A stretch of 37,944 nt of DNA, from NCBI GenBank assembly GCA_964490075.1, contig CAZBBK010000061.1, positions 1-37,944 on the forward strand, given 5' to 3'. Origin of the DNA: an uncultured Gemmatimonadota bacterium. Its GTDB lineage: Bacteria; GCA-2686955. The notes beneath the pieces are model-generated. The model had not been told where the DNA came from. It was given only the letters and a program-made list of their open reading frames with translations, and did no database searches. This document shows, piece after piece, positions 1 to 9,120 of this stretch. The position numbers were made by a program, and so were the translations under genes. Numbering within the stretch: position 1 is the stretch's first letter; the number at the start of each line of letters is the position of its first letter.

Positions 1-78
1 GGCCCGAGGCGGCGCCGATCGCCGAGCGAACGGTGTTCGGCGCGGCGACCACGCCGGGTGGGCGTCGGGTGACTTTGC

Positions 79-1770
79 TCAGGGGGTGAGGGGGGCCTCG
101 GGCATCAGTAGTCGCCCGCCGGATGCTCCAGGCGGCGTGGCGGGGGGGGGGTCGTAGCCGAGCAGGCCCGCGCTGGACCCCGCGGCCCACACGATATGGC
201 CGGCGCTGTTGCGCATGTACAGGTCATGAAAAGGGATCTCGAGCATCGGTCCGGCCGGCACGAAGCTCTCGCCGTCGAACCAGATCGGCGTGAGATGCCG
301 CCGCCAGTTCTCGGATGAATGGCCGTTGAAGTCGTAGACGTGTAGCACCCCTTCGAGAGCCGCCAGCGCGCCGATCTCGCGCCAATCCTCCACCTGGGGG
401 AAGTGGTAGGTGTGGAGGACGGCCACCTGGTAGGGGTCGGAGACGTCGTAGACCGTGATCTCCTGGGAGTGGGAGCGGTACAGCAGGTCTCGGCGGTCAT
501 CGAATGCCAGGGCGCTGTAGAGGCGTGGGTGCGCATGGACCCAGGTTTGCTCCACGCCGCCTTCGCGCGAGACCCGATAGAGCGCCAGCGTATCGTCGAG
601 ACCGAACTCGCCCGCCGCCAGCAGATCGGTGTCATGGCCGGGAAAGGGACGCAGGGCCGTGCTGAAGTGCCTCGATCCGATGCTGGCCCAGGCGTTTCCG
701 TCCGGCGCCAGAGCCAGCGCCTGCACCCAATCCTGCGGCAGCGCCATTGTGGCCTCGTGCTCGAGCAGGGGTCCCGTTCGCAGCCAGGCGCGATCGCGGT
801 CATCGCGGTAGAGCAATCGGCCCGAGTCGAGGAACAGGACCGCCGGCTTGAAGACATCGAGCTCGCCCTCGGCGAGCAGCACCTCGGCCTCGCCGGCCGG
901 GTCGATCTCGAACACGTAGAGCGAGTCGGGAACCGTGGCGGCCAGGCGATCGACGCCTCGCTCGGCATCGAACCAGACCTCGATGTCGGGGATCCGCACG
1001 GTGGCGGGCAGCAAAGTCGAGTGCGGTGTCAGCACGCCAGCGCTCTCGACCCGGTAGATCGTCACTCCGGCGTCTCGTGCCAGGTAGACATGGTCGAGCC
1101 CGGGGCTGGCCACCAGGTCGCGGATGTTGTTGACGAAGAACCGGTCGCTCGGGACCACCGTGCCATCAGCCTGGATCGTGGCGGAGCTGACCGAGACCGA
1201 GCTGGCGTAGTGGATACCCCCGTAACGGTCGCTCACCAGCGAGTAAGGAGCCGTCGTCCCATAGTGGAACTCGTTCTTCGCGACCTGGAGCCTCCCCAGC
1301 GAGTCGGCCCGAAGGGTCGCGAAGCTCGCGCCGCGCCCGGTCGGCCAAATATCGTATCCGCCACAGACCAGGAACTCCCCGGCCACGGCCAGGGAGTACC
1401 TGGCGAGCTGCCGATCGTCCAGGAGCCGGATCCTGCTCCTCTCCTCCGGTGTCCAGAGCGTGCCCTCGGTCTCGATCACTCGCAGCTTGCCGGCGAAGCG
1501 CAGGGCGTCGGCGGCACCGCTCATCGAAAGCTGGCTGTCGAGCAGCCGCAGCGGCTGCTCTTCCGGCTCCACGACGAAGCGCTGCAGGATCGCGCCGAGG
1601 TGCACGATCGTCTCACCATCCGCGACGGTGGCCTCCTCCGACCCCCACACCCTTCCCGGGGTCTTGAGCGAGCGCCCCGACTCGAAGCGGTAGCGGCTTC
1701 CATCGATCGATGCCGCCGAGGCGGCGCCGACGAGGGGCACGAAGAGGAGAAGGAGCAGGAAGGCTCGCAT
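79..1770 (-). CDS. Secreted beta-propeller-like protein (paralogue of 1783-4167)
   Basis: 563-aa ORF with signal peptide MRAFLLLLLFVPLVGAASA, SD-like GGAG upstream, blade-like beta segments (ITVYDVSDPYQ, LVIVD-like) and clear by-eye alignment to the neighbouring ORF (LRVIETEGTLWTPE vs LRVLEREGTLWTPE; AGEFLVCGG in both). Confidence 0.8.
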   Translation of the reverse strand: MRAFLLLLLFVPLVGAASAASIDGSRYRFESGRSLKTPGRVWGSEEATVADGETIVHLGAILQRFVVEPEEQPLRLLDSQLSMSGAADALRFAGKLRVIETEGTLWTPEERSRIRLLDDRQLARYSLAVAGEFLVCGGYDIWPTGRGASFATLRADSLGRLQVAKNEFHYGTTAPYSLVSDRYGGIHYASSVSVSSATIQADGTVVPSDRFFVNNIRDLVASPGLDHVYLARDAGVTIYRVESAGVLTPHSTLLPATVRIPDIEVWFDAERGVDRLAATVPDSLYVFEIDPAGEAEVLLAEGELDVFKPAVLFLDSGRLLYRDDRDRAWLRTGPLLEHEATMALPQDWVQALALAPDGNAWASIGSRHFSTALRPFPGHDTDLLAAGEFGLDDTLALYRVSREGGVEQTWVHAHPRLYSALAFDDRRDLLYRSHSQEITVYDVSDPYQVAVLHTYHFPQVEDWREIGALAALEGVLHVYDFNGHSSENWRRHLTPIWFDGESFVPAGPMLEIPFHDLYMRNSAGHIVWAAGSSAGLLGYDPPPATPPGASGGRLLMPEAPLTP

Positions 1771-1782
1771 GATCGGCTCCGA

Positions 1783-4167
1783 TCAGGAGGTGGGGTGGGG
1801 GATGCGCACCAGGACGATCGAAGCGTCGTCCCACGATCCGTCCAGGTCCAGCGTCCAGCGGGTGATCGGCTGGTAGCTGTCGGTGCCGACCTCGGGATGC
1901 CACCACTGGCCGGTGCTCAGAGTCTCCGGACAGAAGTCCCAATCTCCGTCCGGGCCATAGGTCCCGTAGACGGGGTAGCGGGCGTCGGTTTCGCCGGGAC
2001 AGGCGAGGCCGATCTGCTCCCCCGAGGTGGCGGAGAAAACCTGCAGATCCGGAGCCGCGGGTCGGTGGAGCTCCCGCAAATGTGCCGTGCGTCCCTTGCT
2101 CACCGGGCGGCAGTTGTCACCGCACCGGACATTCTTGGCGCATGGTTGTGAAGGCGCGCCGCGATTCCATCCGAGGTTTTCGCGCGGATGTTCCTTGCGA
2201 CGTGGTAGCGGGGGAGGTTCGAAGGAAAGCAGCGCGGCGCTGTGATGTAGCATGGGCAGATAGTCGGAGTGGCCGAGAGGTCTGACCAGTCGAACCGGCG
2301 CATGTAGGGGCTTGCCTGCGGGCACGAAACGACGGCCATCGAACCACAGTGGGGTGGTCATCGAGCGCACATTGTAGCCTAACTGAGCGTTAGATGACGC
2401 CACGTGTAGAACTCCGTTCTGTGACCCGATTGTAGCGAATGAGCGAGAATGAGCACCGCGCTCATCGAAAACGTGCGCGTGGATTCTCTCAGGGAAAGCT
2501 GGATCTGAAATGTCGTACACCCAGATCAACAACTCGATTCCAAGCTCCGCACGATAGAGGAGAGCCCGCTGGTCGTCGAAGGTCAAATAGCTACCCCAGT
2601 CCACGGGCTCGCTGGACAGCCTCTCCACACCGCTCTCGTGTGAGATGCGATAGAACGCGAGAGTGTCTTGTGAGCCTCTTCTCACCCAAGCCGCGGCGAG
2701 AACATCAGTCGCCGAGCCGGGATAGCCGCGCGCCGCCACTTCGGGCACGTCCAGATACACCGCTTCTGAATCAATGAGAGTGCCAAGCAGAGTTGGGTTG
2801 CCGGGGTCGGCGAGATCGAACACTGGGTTTGCTGTTATCAAGAACTCTCGCTCGATCGTGAAAGCTACCTCATCGTGCTCAGATCGAAAGGGTGTCGACA
2901 CCGAATCAGCGAGCGCCAGGGAGTCGCCACGTTCGAAGATATAGTACCATTCCCCCCAATTCGCATCCCCCTCCCTCTTGGTGCCCGCGTAGAAGTGGGT
3001 CTCGTTCATTGCCATGTGTGAGGCGTAAGGAAAACCGATCACGATCCCTGGGGACGCAAAGCCAGCACTCATGCCGGTGCCGTACGAGAGCCACCATCCC
3101 GCGCCGTCAGTGCCGCCGTGAGTCGCCCAACCATCTCCGTTCGAGGCGATGGCAAAGCTGCGGATATCAGGCTGGACGAGCACTAGCTGTTTGCGTTGCT
3201 CCAGGCCCGGCCCCTCAAAGAGCCATACCACGCTGCCGCCATCGGAGTAGTAGAGGCGCCCAGACTCAAGAAAGACCAAGCGTTGAGACATCGAGGTGCC
3301 CAGGTCACCGTCGGCGAACAAGAGCGACGGTCCGTGACTGCTGTCGACCTCGAACACGAATAGTGAGTCATTTGTACCCACCACTGCGACTCGATCGACG
3401 TTGCGAGCGGGATCGTGCCAGACGTCCATTGGACCAACCGGCTGGGCCAACAGAGTTTGGACATGACTCAGGACAGCAGGCTCTTCGATCCGGTAGAGCT
3501 GAAGACCGTCCTCGTCGTTCGTGAACACATGATCCAGCCCCCGGCTGCCCTTGACCGCCCGATTGCCCCGCCCGTAGGAGCCAGGGCCTAGCAACACATG
3601 GCCCATTGAGTCGACGCGGGCGGACTTCAATGGACCCCCGGAAGCGTGGTAGAAGCCCCCGTAACGATCTCCCTCCATGATAAATGCGGAGCTGGTCGTT
3701 TGATGGATCTCGAGCTCAACGATCTTCAGCTCGCCCCCGTGATTGGTCCTCAAGACAGCGTACCTCTTTCCACTGCCGCCACAAACTAGAAACTCACCCG
3801 CCCTTGCCATGGAGTACCACCTCACCAGGTCGCTTTCGCTAAGCACCACCCGAGAATCGTCCTCTGGCGTCCATAGCGTTCCTTCCCTCTCCAGCACCCG
3901 CAGCCCTCCGCCGTAGTCCTGCGCATCGACCGCTTCGCTTTGTGGCAAGCCAATCTCGCGCTGTTCGAACGGTTGTTCAGCGTAAGGGTGCAGCACGACC
4001 CGCTGGAAGATGTCCCCCAGGCGGATCAGATGCTCACCGTGTGCGTAGCTGCGGGTGCCCGACCAGTAGGAGCGCACCGCTTCCACCTCATAGTGGGTCG
4101 CGCCGATCGGCTCGGCCACCGCGGTCGCGGACAGTGTGATCACAGACACCAGAGAGCCAAAGCGCAC
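1783..4167 (-). CDS. Secreted beta-propeller-like protein fused in frame to an orphan copy of the upstream hydrolase C-terminal domain
   Basis: 794-aa ORF, GTG start with GAGGA upstream, signal peptide MRFGSLVSVITLSATAVA, LVIVD-like segments (VFDLADPGNP, VYDISDPAFP). The last ~95 aa match the C-terminus of 4181-6337. Confidence 0.75.
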   Translation of the reverse strand: MRFGSLVSVITLSATAVAEPIGATHYEVEAVRSYWSGTRSYAHGEHLIRLGDIFQRVVLHPYAEQPFEQREIGLPQSEAVDAQDYGGGLRVLEREGTLWTPEDDSRVVLSESDLVRWYSMARAGEFLVCGGSGKRYAVLRTNHGGELKIVELEIHQTTSSAFIMEGDRYGGFYHASGGPLKSARVDSMGHVLLGPGSYGRGNRAVKGSRGLDHVFTNDEDGLQLYRIEEPAVLSHVQTLLAQPVGPMDVWHDPARNVDRVAVVGTNDSLFVFEVDSSHGPSLLFADGDLGTSMSQRLVFLESGRLYYSDGGSVVWLFEGPGLEQRKQLVLVQPDIRSFAIASNGDGWATHGGTDGAGWWLSYGTGMSAGFASPGIVIGFPYASHMAMNETHFYAGTKREGDANWGEWYYIFERGDSLALADSVSTPFRSEHDEVAFTIEREFLITANPVFDLADPGNPTLLGTLIDSEAVYLDVPEVAARGYPGSATDVLAAAWVRRGSQDTLAFYRISHESGVERLSSEPVDWGSYLTFDDQRALLYRAELGIELLIWVYDISDPAFPERIHAHVFDERGAHSRSFATIGSQNGVLHVASSNAQLGYNVRSMTTPLWFDGRRFVPAGKPLHAPVRLVRPLGHSDYLPMLHHSAALLSFEPPPLPRRKEHPRENLGWNRGAPSQPCAKNVRCGDNCRPVSKGRTAHLRELHRPAAPDLQVFSATSGEQIGLACPGETDARYPVYGTYGPDGDWDFCPETLSTGQWWHPEVGTDSYQPITRWTLDLDGSWDDASIVLVRIPHPTS

Positions 4168-4180
4168 GACTAGGTCCTCA

Positions 4181-6337
4181 TCATGAGGAAGGGTGTGGGA
4201 TGCGAATCAACACGGCGGACCATTCATGGGACGACTCCGGCAGGCTTAGGTCCCAGCGAGTGAGCGGCTGATAGGTCTCCTCGCGTGGTGGGTGCCACGG
4301 AGTTTCAATCGGCACCGATGTGTCATCGATCCCGAAGCTAAGAGTGTCGGGGCAGAGAGTGACCGAGAGGGTGTCAGGTGCGAAGTTGATATACTCTGCA
4401 TCGGATGTCTGGGCTTGAACCACCTGGATAATCTGGCCCGTTCTGGGGGCCATCACTTCCAGGGCCGGCGGCGGCGGATCGACCGGGTGCCCGTTGGAAT
4501 AGAGCCGCAGGCATTGTTCCGAGTTACGGCCGTTGATGGCAGCTATCCAAGTCTCGCTGAGCTCCGATAAATGCGCAAGCTCGTAGATGCGCACCGATTT
4601 CGGCGGCGCCTCGTAGAAGAGCGCAAACGGGGCTCCCAGAGCTTTCGGAACCGAGTCTTGCGGTACCTGATAGATCAGAATGCTCGGGTGAAAGGCGCTG
4701 GGCGCAGGATAAGCGTCGGACGACTCATAGAGGATGTGCGGTTCGAAGCGTCTGGTGGGGGAATAGGGTTGAATGAATAGACCGTTGTTACGCCGCTCTG
4801 CGGAGGTGGTGTCTGCGACCCAGTAGCGTACAGTGTTGGTGAGATCGAAGTCGACGATGCGATGCGATGGAAATGGCTGAGAGATAATGCCTATGCGTTG
4901 GCCGAAATCGCGTCGCCCAGAGGCGAGAAGCTGAAGACCGAAGTCCTTATAGTACAGCGTGTCGCCACCAATGATGTAGAGATGATTGAAGGCTTGCGTC
5001 ACGGAATCGCCTTCTACGAAATCGGCCCATCCGGTCGTGTCGTTACTCCAGAACAGTGAGTCCCGCCCCGCTACGTCTGTCCCCGGAATCCGGCAGACGT
5101 GTGACATGGGCGTAGTGTAAGAGCGGCAACCTGAGAGGCTACAGGGACCTTCTGGTGCCTCCAATAACCGCTCTAGAACCGTCAGCAACAGATCAGCCTT
5201 CTCTATGCGCTGCGCATCAAAGGCTCCCTGCATCTCCAAGAATCGAATGCGACCAAAGCCGGAGCACCATTGTGTCGCCGCGTGACAGGTATAGCCCGTC
5301 TGCAGCTCTTCGGCGACATGATGTGTCGCGTCGGGGGTCCAGTTCCAGGGGGTGATCCATGAATCCTCTGCCGCCCAGATCCAGCTGGAATCGGGCGAGT
5401 AGGCACCGCGGGTGACTATCGCCGGGGGCAGGGTGCTCATCGATGGATCGCCCGCAAAGCGCTTCTCGGCGAACGGGCCTACGATTCGATTGACATCGGG
5501 AAAGGCCTCGTAGAGGCTGGTCGCGGCGTCTCCGGAGAGGGAGTCCCAGGCGGCACGGTTGGCGGGTGTGAGCAGGTCCCAGCTACTCACTTCGCAATCC
5601 GAGCCTTCGATGCGTTGCACGCCAAACTCAAGTCCGATGAAGCCAACGCCGTGGCCCGCCACCGCCTGCGCTGCCATCGTGCGCGCCTCGTAGCCGCGCG
5701 GCGGGCGCTGCGTGCATTTGGCGGGGCGCATTTGCAGGACCGGCGGCACCGCCCGAGCGATGCTCGGCGGAGGATCGCTGTCGCCGAGAAGGCCGAATCC
5801 GTAGCGGTGCATTGCCCCGCTCCAACACCACTGCGAGAGCATCGGCACACCGTCGTTGGGTTCGTTGTTGAAGCCGCGGATCAGATAGTAGTTCGGCATC
5901 AGAATGTGGGCGGCCCGGAACATCTCGTGCAGGTAGCCAGCGGGGCCGGGGTTGCCACCCTGGTCTTCAAAAGGGAAGTCCGCGGTAAAGAGAAAGAGCG
6001 GACGGAAGCGCGCTTGCACCGCCGGAATCGCGTTGTAGTCGACAAGCACGAAATGATCGATCGCAGTGCTGATCTGTCCTTTGGGCTTCTCGTCGCCATA
6101 GCTCCAGCCGAGCAGGGCGGGGTGATCGTCGAAGTGCTCGACCCATTCTTCGACCAGGCCCGCAACCAGCGGCAGCGCGGTGTCGTTGTGCGCATCAGCG
6201 ATGGCCGGAAAGAGCGGCAGCCAGAGGATCACCTTCATTCCGGCGCTGTGGGCGGCATCGAGCGCCAGATGGGCTTGGCGTCTCGAGACAGGCTCCGTGT
6301 TCCGGGGTCCAATCCCGATTCCGTCCAGCGCACCCAT
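4181..6337 (-). CDS. Clan GH-A-like glycoside hydrolase (TIM barrel) with DNRLRE/CBM96-like module and small C-terminal domain; N-terminus possibly truncated
   Basis: LDAAHSAGMKVILWLP and HFDDHPALLGWSYGDEK resemble GH2/GH5/GH42-type barrel motifs. IEKADLLLT...FDLTNTVRYW...NNGLFIQ...YESSD resembles DNRLRE domains. No signal peptide or SD; the frame is open upstream only to 6421. Confidence 0.6.
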   Translation of the reverse strand: MGALDGIGIGPRNTEPVSRRQAHLALDAAHSAGMKVILWLPLFPAIADAHNDTALPLVAGLVEEWVEHFDDHPALLGWSYGDEKPKGQISTAIDHFVLVDYNAIPAVQARFRPLFLFTADFPFEDQGGNPGPAGYLHEMFRAAHILMPNYYLIRGFNNEPNDGVPMLSQWCWSGAMHRYGFGLLGDSDPPPSIARAVPPVLQMRPAKCTQRPPRGYEARTMAAQAVAGHGVGFIGLEFGVQRIEGSDCEVSSWDLLTPANRAAWDSLSGDAATSLYEAFPDVNRIVGPFAEKRFAGDPSMSTLPPAIVTRGAYSPDSSWIWAAEDSWITPWNWTPDATHHVAEELQTGYTCHAATQWCSGFGRIRFLEMQGAFDAQRIEKADLLLTVLERLLEAPEGPCSLSGCRSYTTPMSHVCRIPGTDVAGRDSLFWSNDTTGWADFVEGDSVTQAFNHLYIIGGDTLYYKDFGLQLLASGRRDFGQRIGIISQPFPSHRIVDFDLTNTVRYWVADTTSAERRNNGLFIQPYSPTRRFEPHILYESSDAYPAPSAFHPSILIYQVPQDSVPKALGAPFALFYEAPPKSVRIYELAHLSELSETWIAAINGRNSEQCLRLYSNGHPVDPPPPALEVMAPRTGQIIQVVQAQTSDAEYINFAPDTLSVTLCPDTLSFGIDDTSVPIETPWHPPREETYQPLTRWDLSLPESSHEWSAVLIRIPHPSS

Positions 6338-6411
6338 GTGAGCCGACTTGCGGTGGGACCGGATGAAGATGGAAACGTCGGGGATCAGCGACCCGGATCG
6401 GGCTCGGGCTT

Positions 6412-6564
6412 CTGACCAGACTCAGGCGTCGCAAATGGTCGAATAGCGGCCAAAACGACCGCCTGACAAGGCTCAGGCCCGAGTGATGGCCGCTCAGCGG
6501 GCCAAACCGCCGGCTGAGGCAGCTCAGTCGGTCGAGATGGCCGCCGGAGGGGAAGCTGGCCCGT
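6412..6564. repeat. Three degenerate 51-bp tandem units, each starting with CTGA-N6-TCAG
   Basis: Units start at 6412, 6463 and 6514; all have CTGA-N5-CTCAG-N9-ATGGYCG at identical offsets. Confidence 0.7.
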
Positions 6565-6601
6565 CACTTCGCCGGCGATGGACTCCGCCCGAGGGCGCGG
6601 C

Positions 6602-7798
6602 TCAGCGCCGGCGCAGCACCCCCCGCGCCCCCAGCAGGACAGTCCCCAGCGCGAAGAGCGAGATCACGAGCACGGCACCCAGCGCGGAGCGCCAGCCCTC
6701 GCCGAACGCGGTCAGGCCGAGCAAGGCGTCCATCGCCCAGCGCGAAGGCAACACCAGACTGGCGTCCTGCAGCCAGCGCGGCATGACCTCCAGGGGCCAC
6801 CAGCACCCCGAGAGGGCGCACATGACGTTCACGGCCAGCACGGCTGCCCCCGCCACCTGGCCATCGGTGCGCAGCCACGAACCGGCCAGCAGCCCCAGGC
6901 CGGCGGCCCAGGCCGAGAGCGAGAGCGTCACCAGGGCGACGCCGGCGGGGCTGGCGCCGTAGTCGACGCCGAAGAGGGTCACGCCCGCCACCACCAACAC
7001 CGCCACCTGGATGGCGCCGATCCCGACCGAGCCGATCACGCGGCCGAAGAGCACCTCCAGCGGACGCACCGGCAGCGCGCCGAGGCGCAGCAGGCGCCCC
7101 TTGCGGCGATCCGCGGCGAGCTGCACGCCGCCGAAGATGGTCACGTTCATCAGCACGAACATGACCAGCATGCCCGGCGCCGTGGCGGCGAAGCCCGATC
7201 CCAGCGGATTCCAGCGCTGCGGGACCCGCACCTCCATGCGCACCCGGTCGGGGCGTTCGAGCGCCGCGCGGAAGGCGTTGGCGAAAGCCTGCTCGGCGCA
7301 TGTGTCGGCCGCCGCGCCGACCAGCCCGGCTCCGGCCGCGTCGGCGCTGATCAGGCCGCCGATGAGGCGGGTGATCGCCTTGACCGAGAGCGCGGCCACC
7401 GCGGCGTCGGCCTCGTCGTTGGAGCCCTCGGAGTTGCGCAGGCGCAGCGCCGCCTGCTCGCCGGCGACCAGGAGGGAGTCGAAGTCGCCCGGGATCACCA
7501 GCTCGCGCGGCGGCGCCGACGCGAGGGTGTCGCGCTCGGCGCGGGTCCAGCGATGCAGGCGGAGCTGACCGCCCTCGCGCTCGAGCACCGAGGCCAGCGC
7601 GCGAGCCGCCGGGCCTTGCGATTCGTCCACCAGGCCCAGTCCGAGCTTGGAGGGCGCGCCGCTGGGCGGTGAGATGGCGCTGCCGAAGAAGAAGGTGAAG
7701 ATCAGCGGCATCAGCACCAGCCAGAGGATCGAGCCGCGGTCGGCCAGCACCAGGCGCAGCTCCTGGGCCGCCAGCCGCGCGACGCTGCGCGGACTCAT
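6602..7798 (-). CDS. ABC-2 type exporter permease
   Basis: N-terminal TM (LVLMPLIFTFFFG), extracytoplasmic loop (LGLVDESQG), C-terminal TM bundle with SGCWWPLEVMPRWLQ; overlaps the upstream permease by 4 nt. Confidence 0.92.
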   Translation of the reverse strand: MSPRSVARLAAQELRLVLADRGSILWLVLMPLIFTFFFGSAISPPSGAPSKLGLGLVDESQGPAARALASVLEREGGQLRLHRWTRAERDTLASAPPRELVIPGDFDSLLVAGEQAALRLRNSEGSNDEADAAVAALSVKAITRLIGGLISADAAGAGLVGAAADTCAEQAFANAFRAALERPDRVRMEVRVPQRWNPLGSGFAATAPGMLVMFVLMNVTIFGGVQLAADRRKGRLLRLGALPVRPLEVLFGRVIGSVGIGAIQVAVLVVAGVTLFGVDYGASPAGVALVTLSLSAWAAGLGLLAGSWLRTDGQVAGAAVLAVNVMCALSGCWWPLEVMPRWLQDASLVLPSRWAMDALLGLTAFGEGWRSALGAVLVISLFALGTVLLGARGVLRRR

Positions 7799-9120
7799 GC
7801 GCCGCTCCCGGCGCGACGCCGCACCAGCCCCAGTCCGACCAGCACACCCGCCGCTCCGAACCCGGCCAGCACGCCGGCCTGCGGCAGAATCTCCGCCGCG
7901 CTCGCGCTTTCCACGGTGAGCGCGTGCAGGCCCTCGATCAGCCAGTAGTTCGGAGTGAAAGGGGCGATCGACTGGGCGACGGTGGGCAGGTTGTCCAGGG
8001 GGATCATCGAGCCGCCGACGAAGGAGATGGTGAGGATGACGATCGGCGACAAGGTCTCCGCCTGGCGCTCGGTCTTCGATCCGCCGTAGAGCACGCCGAC
8101 GGTGCCGGATGCGGCGAAGGAACCGGCGATGATCATCAACGCCAGCCCGAGCGGGTCGCCCCAGCGGCTGCCGAACACCACCGAGCCCGAGATCAAGAGC
8201 AGCACCAACCCGATGGCGGCGATCGCCGTGGCCGACGCGAACTTGCTGGCCAGCAGGGCGGCCGTGCCCGCGGGGCTGGCGGCCACGCGCTGGAAGGTGC
8301 CGAGCGATCGTTCGGTGAACATGTCGCGGTGCGCGGCTCCGGCCAGGAAGAGCAGGCTCAGAAAGGCGATTCCCGGCAGGATGTAGCCGAAGATATCGAT
8401 CGAGGGCCCGGCATCGAGGGCGGCGTCTTCCTCGGTCTCGTCCTCGGCCGATGAGCTCTCGAGCGTCACGGCGGGCGGCAATGCCCAGCGCTCGAAGCGT
8501 TGCAGGTCGCGATTCCAGACCCTCGACAGCGCGGCGACGGTCAGCTCGTCGGGCCAGGATTCGAGGGAATCGACCATCAGCCGGGTGCGCTCCAGCGGTT
8601 CGGAGAGATGGGTCACCGCCTCGGAGAGCAGCACCGCTCCCACCCCGACCACCTGCTCCACGATTTCCGGCAGGATCCGCTCGCCCGGGTTGCGCACCAG
8701 GCCGAGGTCGACCGAGCCGCCCTCGAAGAGGGAGTCGGCCAGGCCCGCCGGGAGCTCGATCATCGCCGACACTTCGCCGTCCTTCATGGCGCGCCAGGCC
8801 TGGTCCTCCGACGCGACGTGGCGCAGGTCGAAGGCGACCGGGGCGTTTTCGCCGTCGATCCCGTCCAGCGCCCCGCTCAAGAGGTGGCTCACGAAGCTGT
8901 CGTCGTGGTCGAGCACCGCCACGCCGATCGGCGGCAGCGCCACGCCCGACTCGCCGCCGCCGCCGAAGGCCAGGCCGATCACCGCCGTGAGCGCCAACGG
9001 CATGGCCAGGCTGAGGATCGTCTCCAGGGGCGAGCGCAGCCGGCGTGCCAGGTCCTTCGCCACCAGGAGGCGCAGCGCGGCGAGACCGACGGGCGGCGCG
9101 GAGCGCTCGGGATCAGTCAC
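7795..9120 (-). CDS. ABC-2 type exporter permease
   Basis: LLVAKDL...LAMPLALTAVIGLAFG, VAVLDHD, ERSLGTFQR and GGSMIPLDNLP motifs; coupled to the ATPase gene. Confidence 0.92.
   Translation of the reverse strand: MTDPERSAPPVGLAALRLLVAKDLARRLRSPLETILSLAMPLALTAVIGLAFGGGGESGVALPPIGVAVLDHDDSFVSHLLSGALDGIDGENAPVAFDLRHVASEDQAWRAMKDGEVSAMIELPAGLADSLFEGGSVDLGLVRNPGERILPEIVEQVVGVGAVLLSEAVTHLSEPLERTRLMVDSLESWPDELTVAALSRVWNRDLQRFERWALPPAVTLESSSAEDETEEDAALDAGPSIDIFGYILPGIAFLSLLFLAGAAHRDMFTERSLGTFQRVAASPAGTAALLASKFASATAIAAIGLVLLLISGSVVFGSRWGDPLGLALMIIAGSFAASGTVGVLYGGSKTERQAETLSPIVILTISFVGGSMIPLDNLPTVAQSIAPFTPNYWLIEGLHALTVESASAAEILPQAGVLAGFGAAGVLVGLGLVRRRAGSGA

Noticed and set aside
1-89. Possible 3' end of a plus-strand gene entering the window
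   Set aside because: Too short to assign a frame or product.
403-2151. 582-aa plus-strand ORF and similar long antisense ORFs (8585-10159, 10679-12202, 16769-19612, 22534-24219, 26720-29086, 35010-37127)
   Set aside because: Shadow frames of well-supported genes in high-GC DNA; no recognisable motifs.
6412-6564. CRISPR array interpretation of the periodic repeats here and at 20824-20963
   Set aside because: Repeats are too degenerate or inverted, there are only two or three units, and no cas genes are present.
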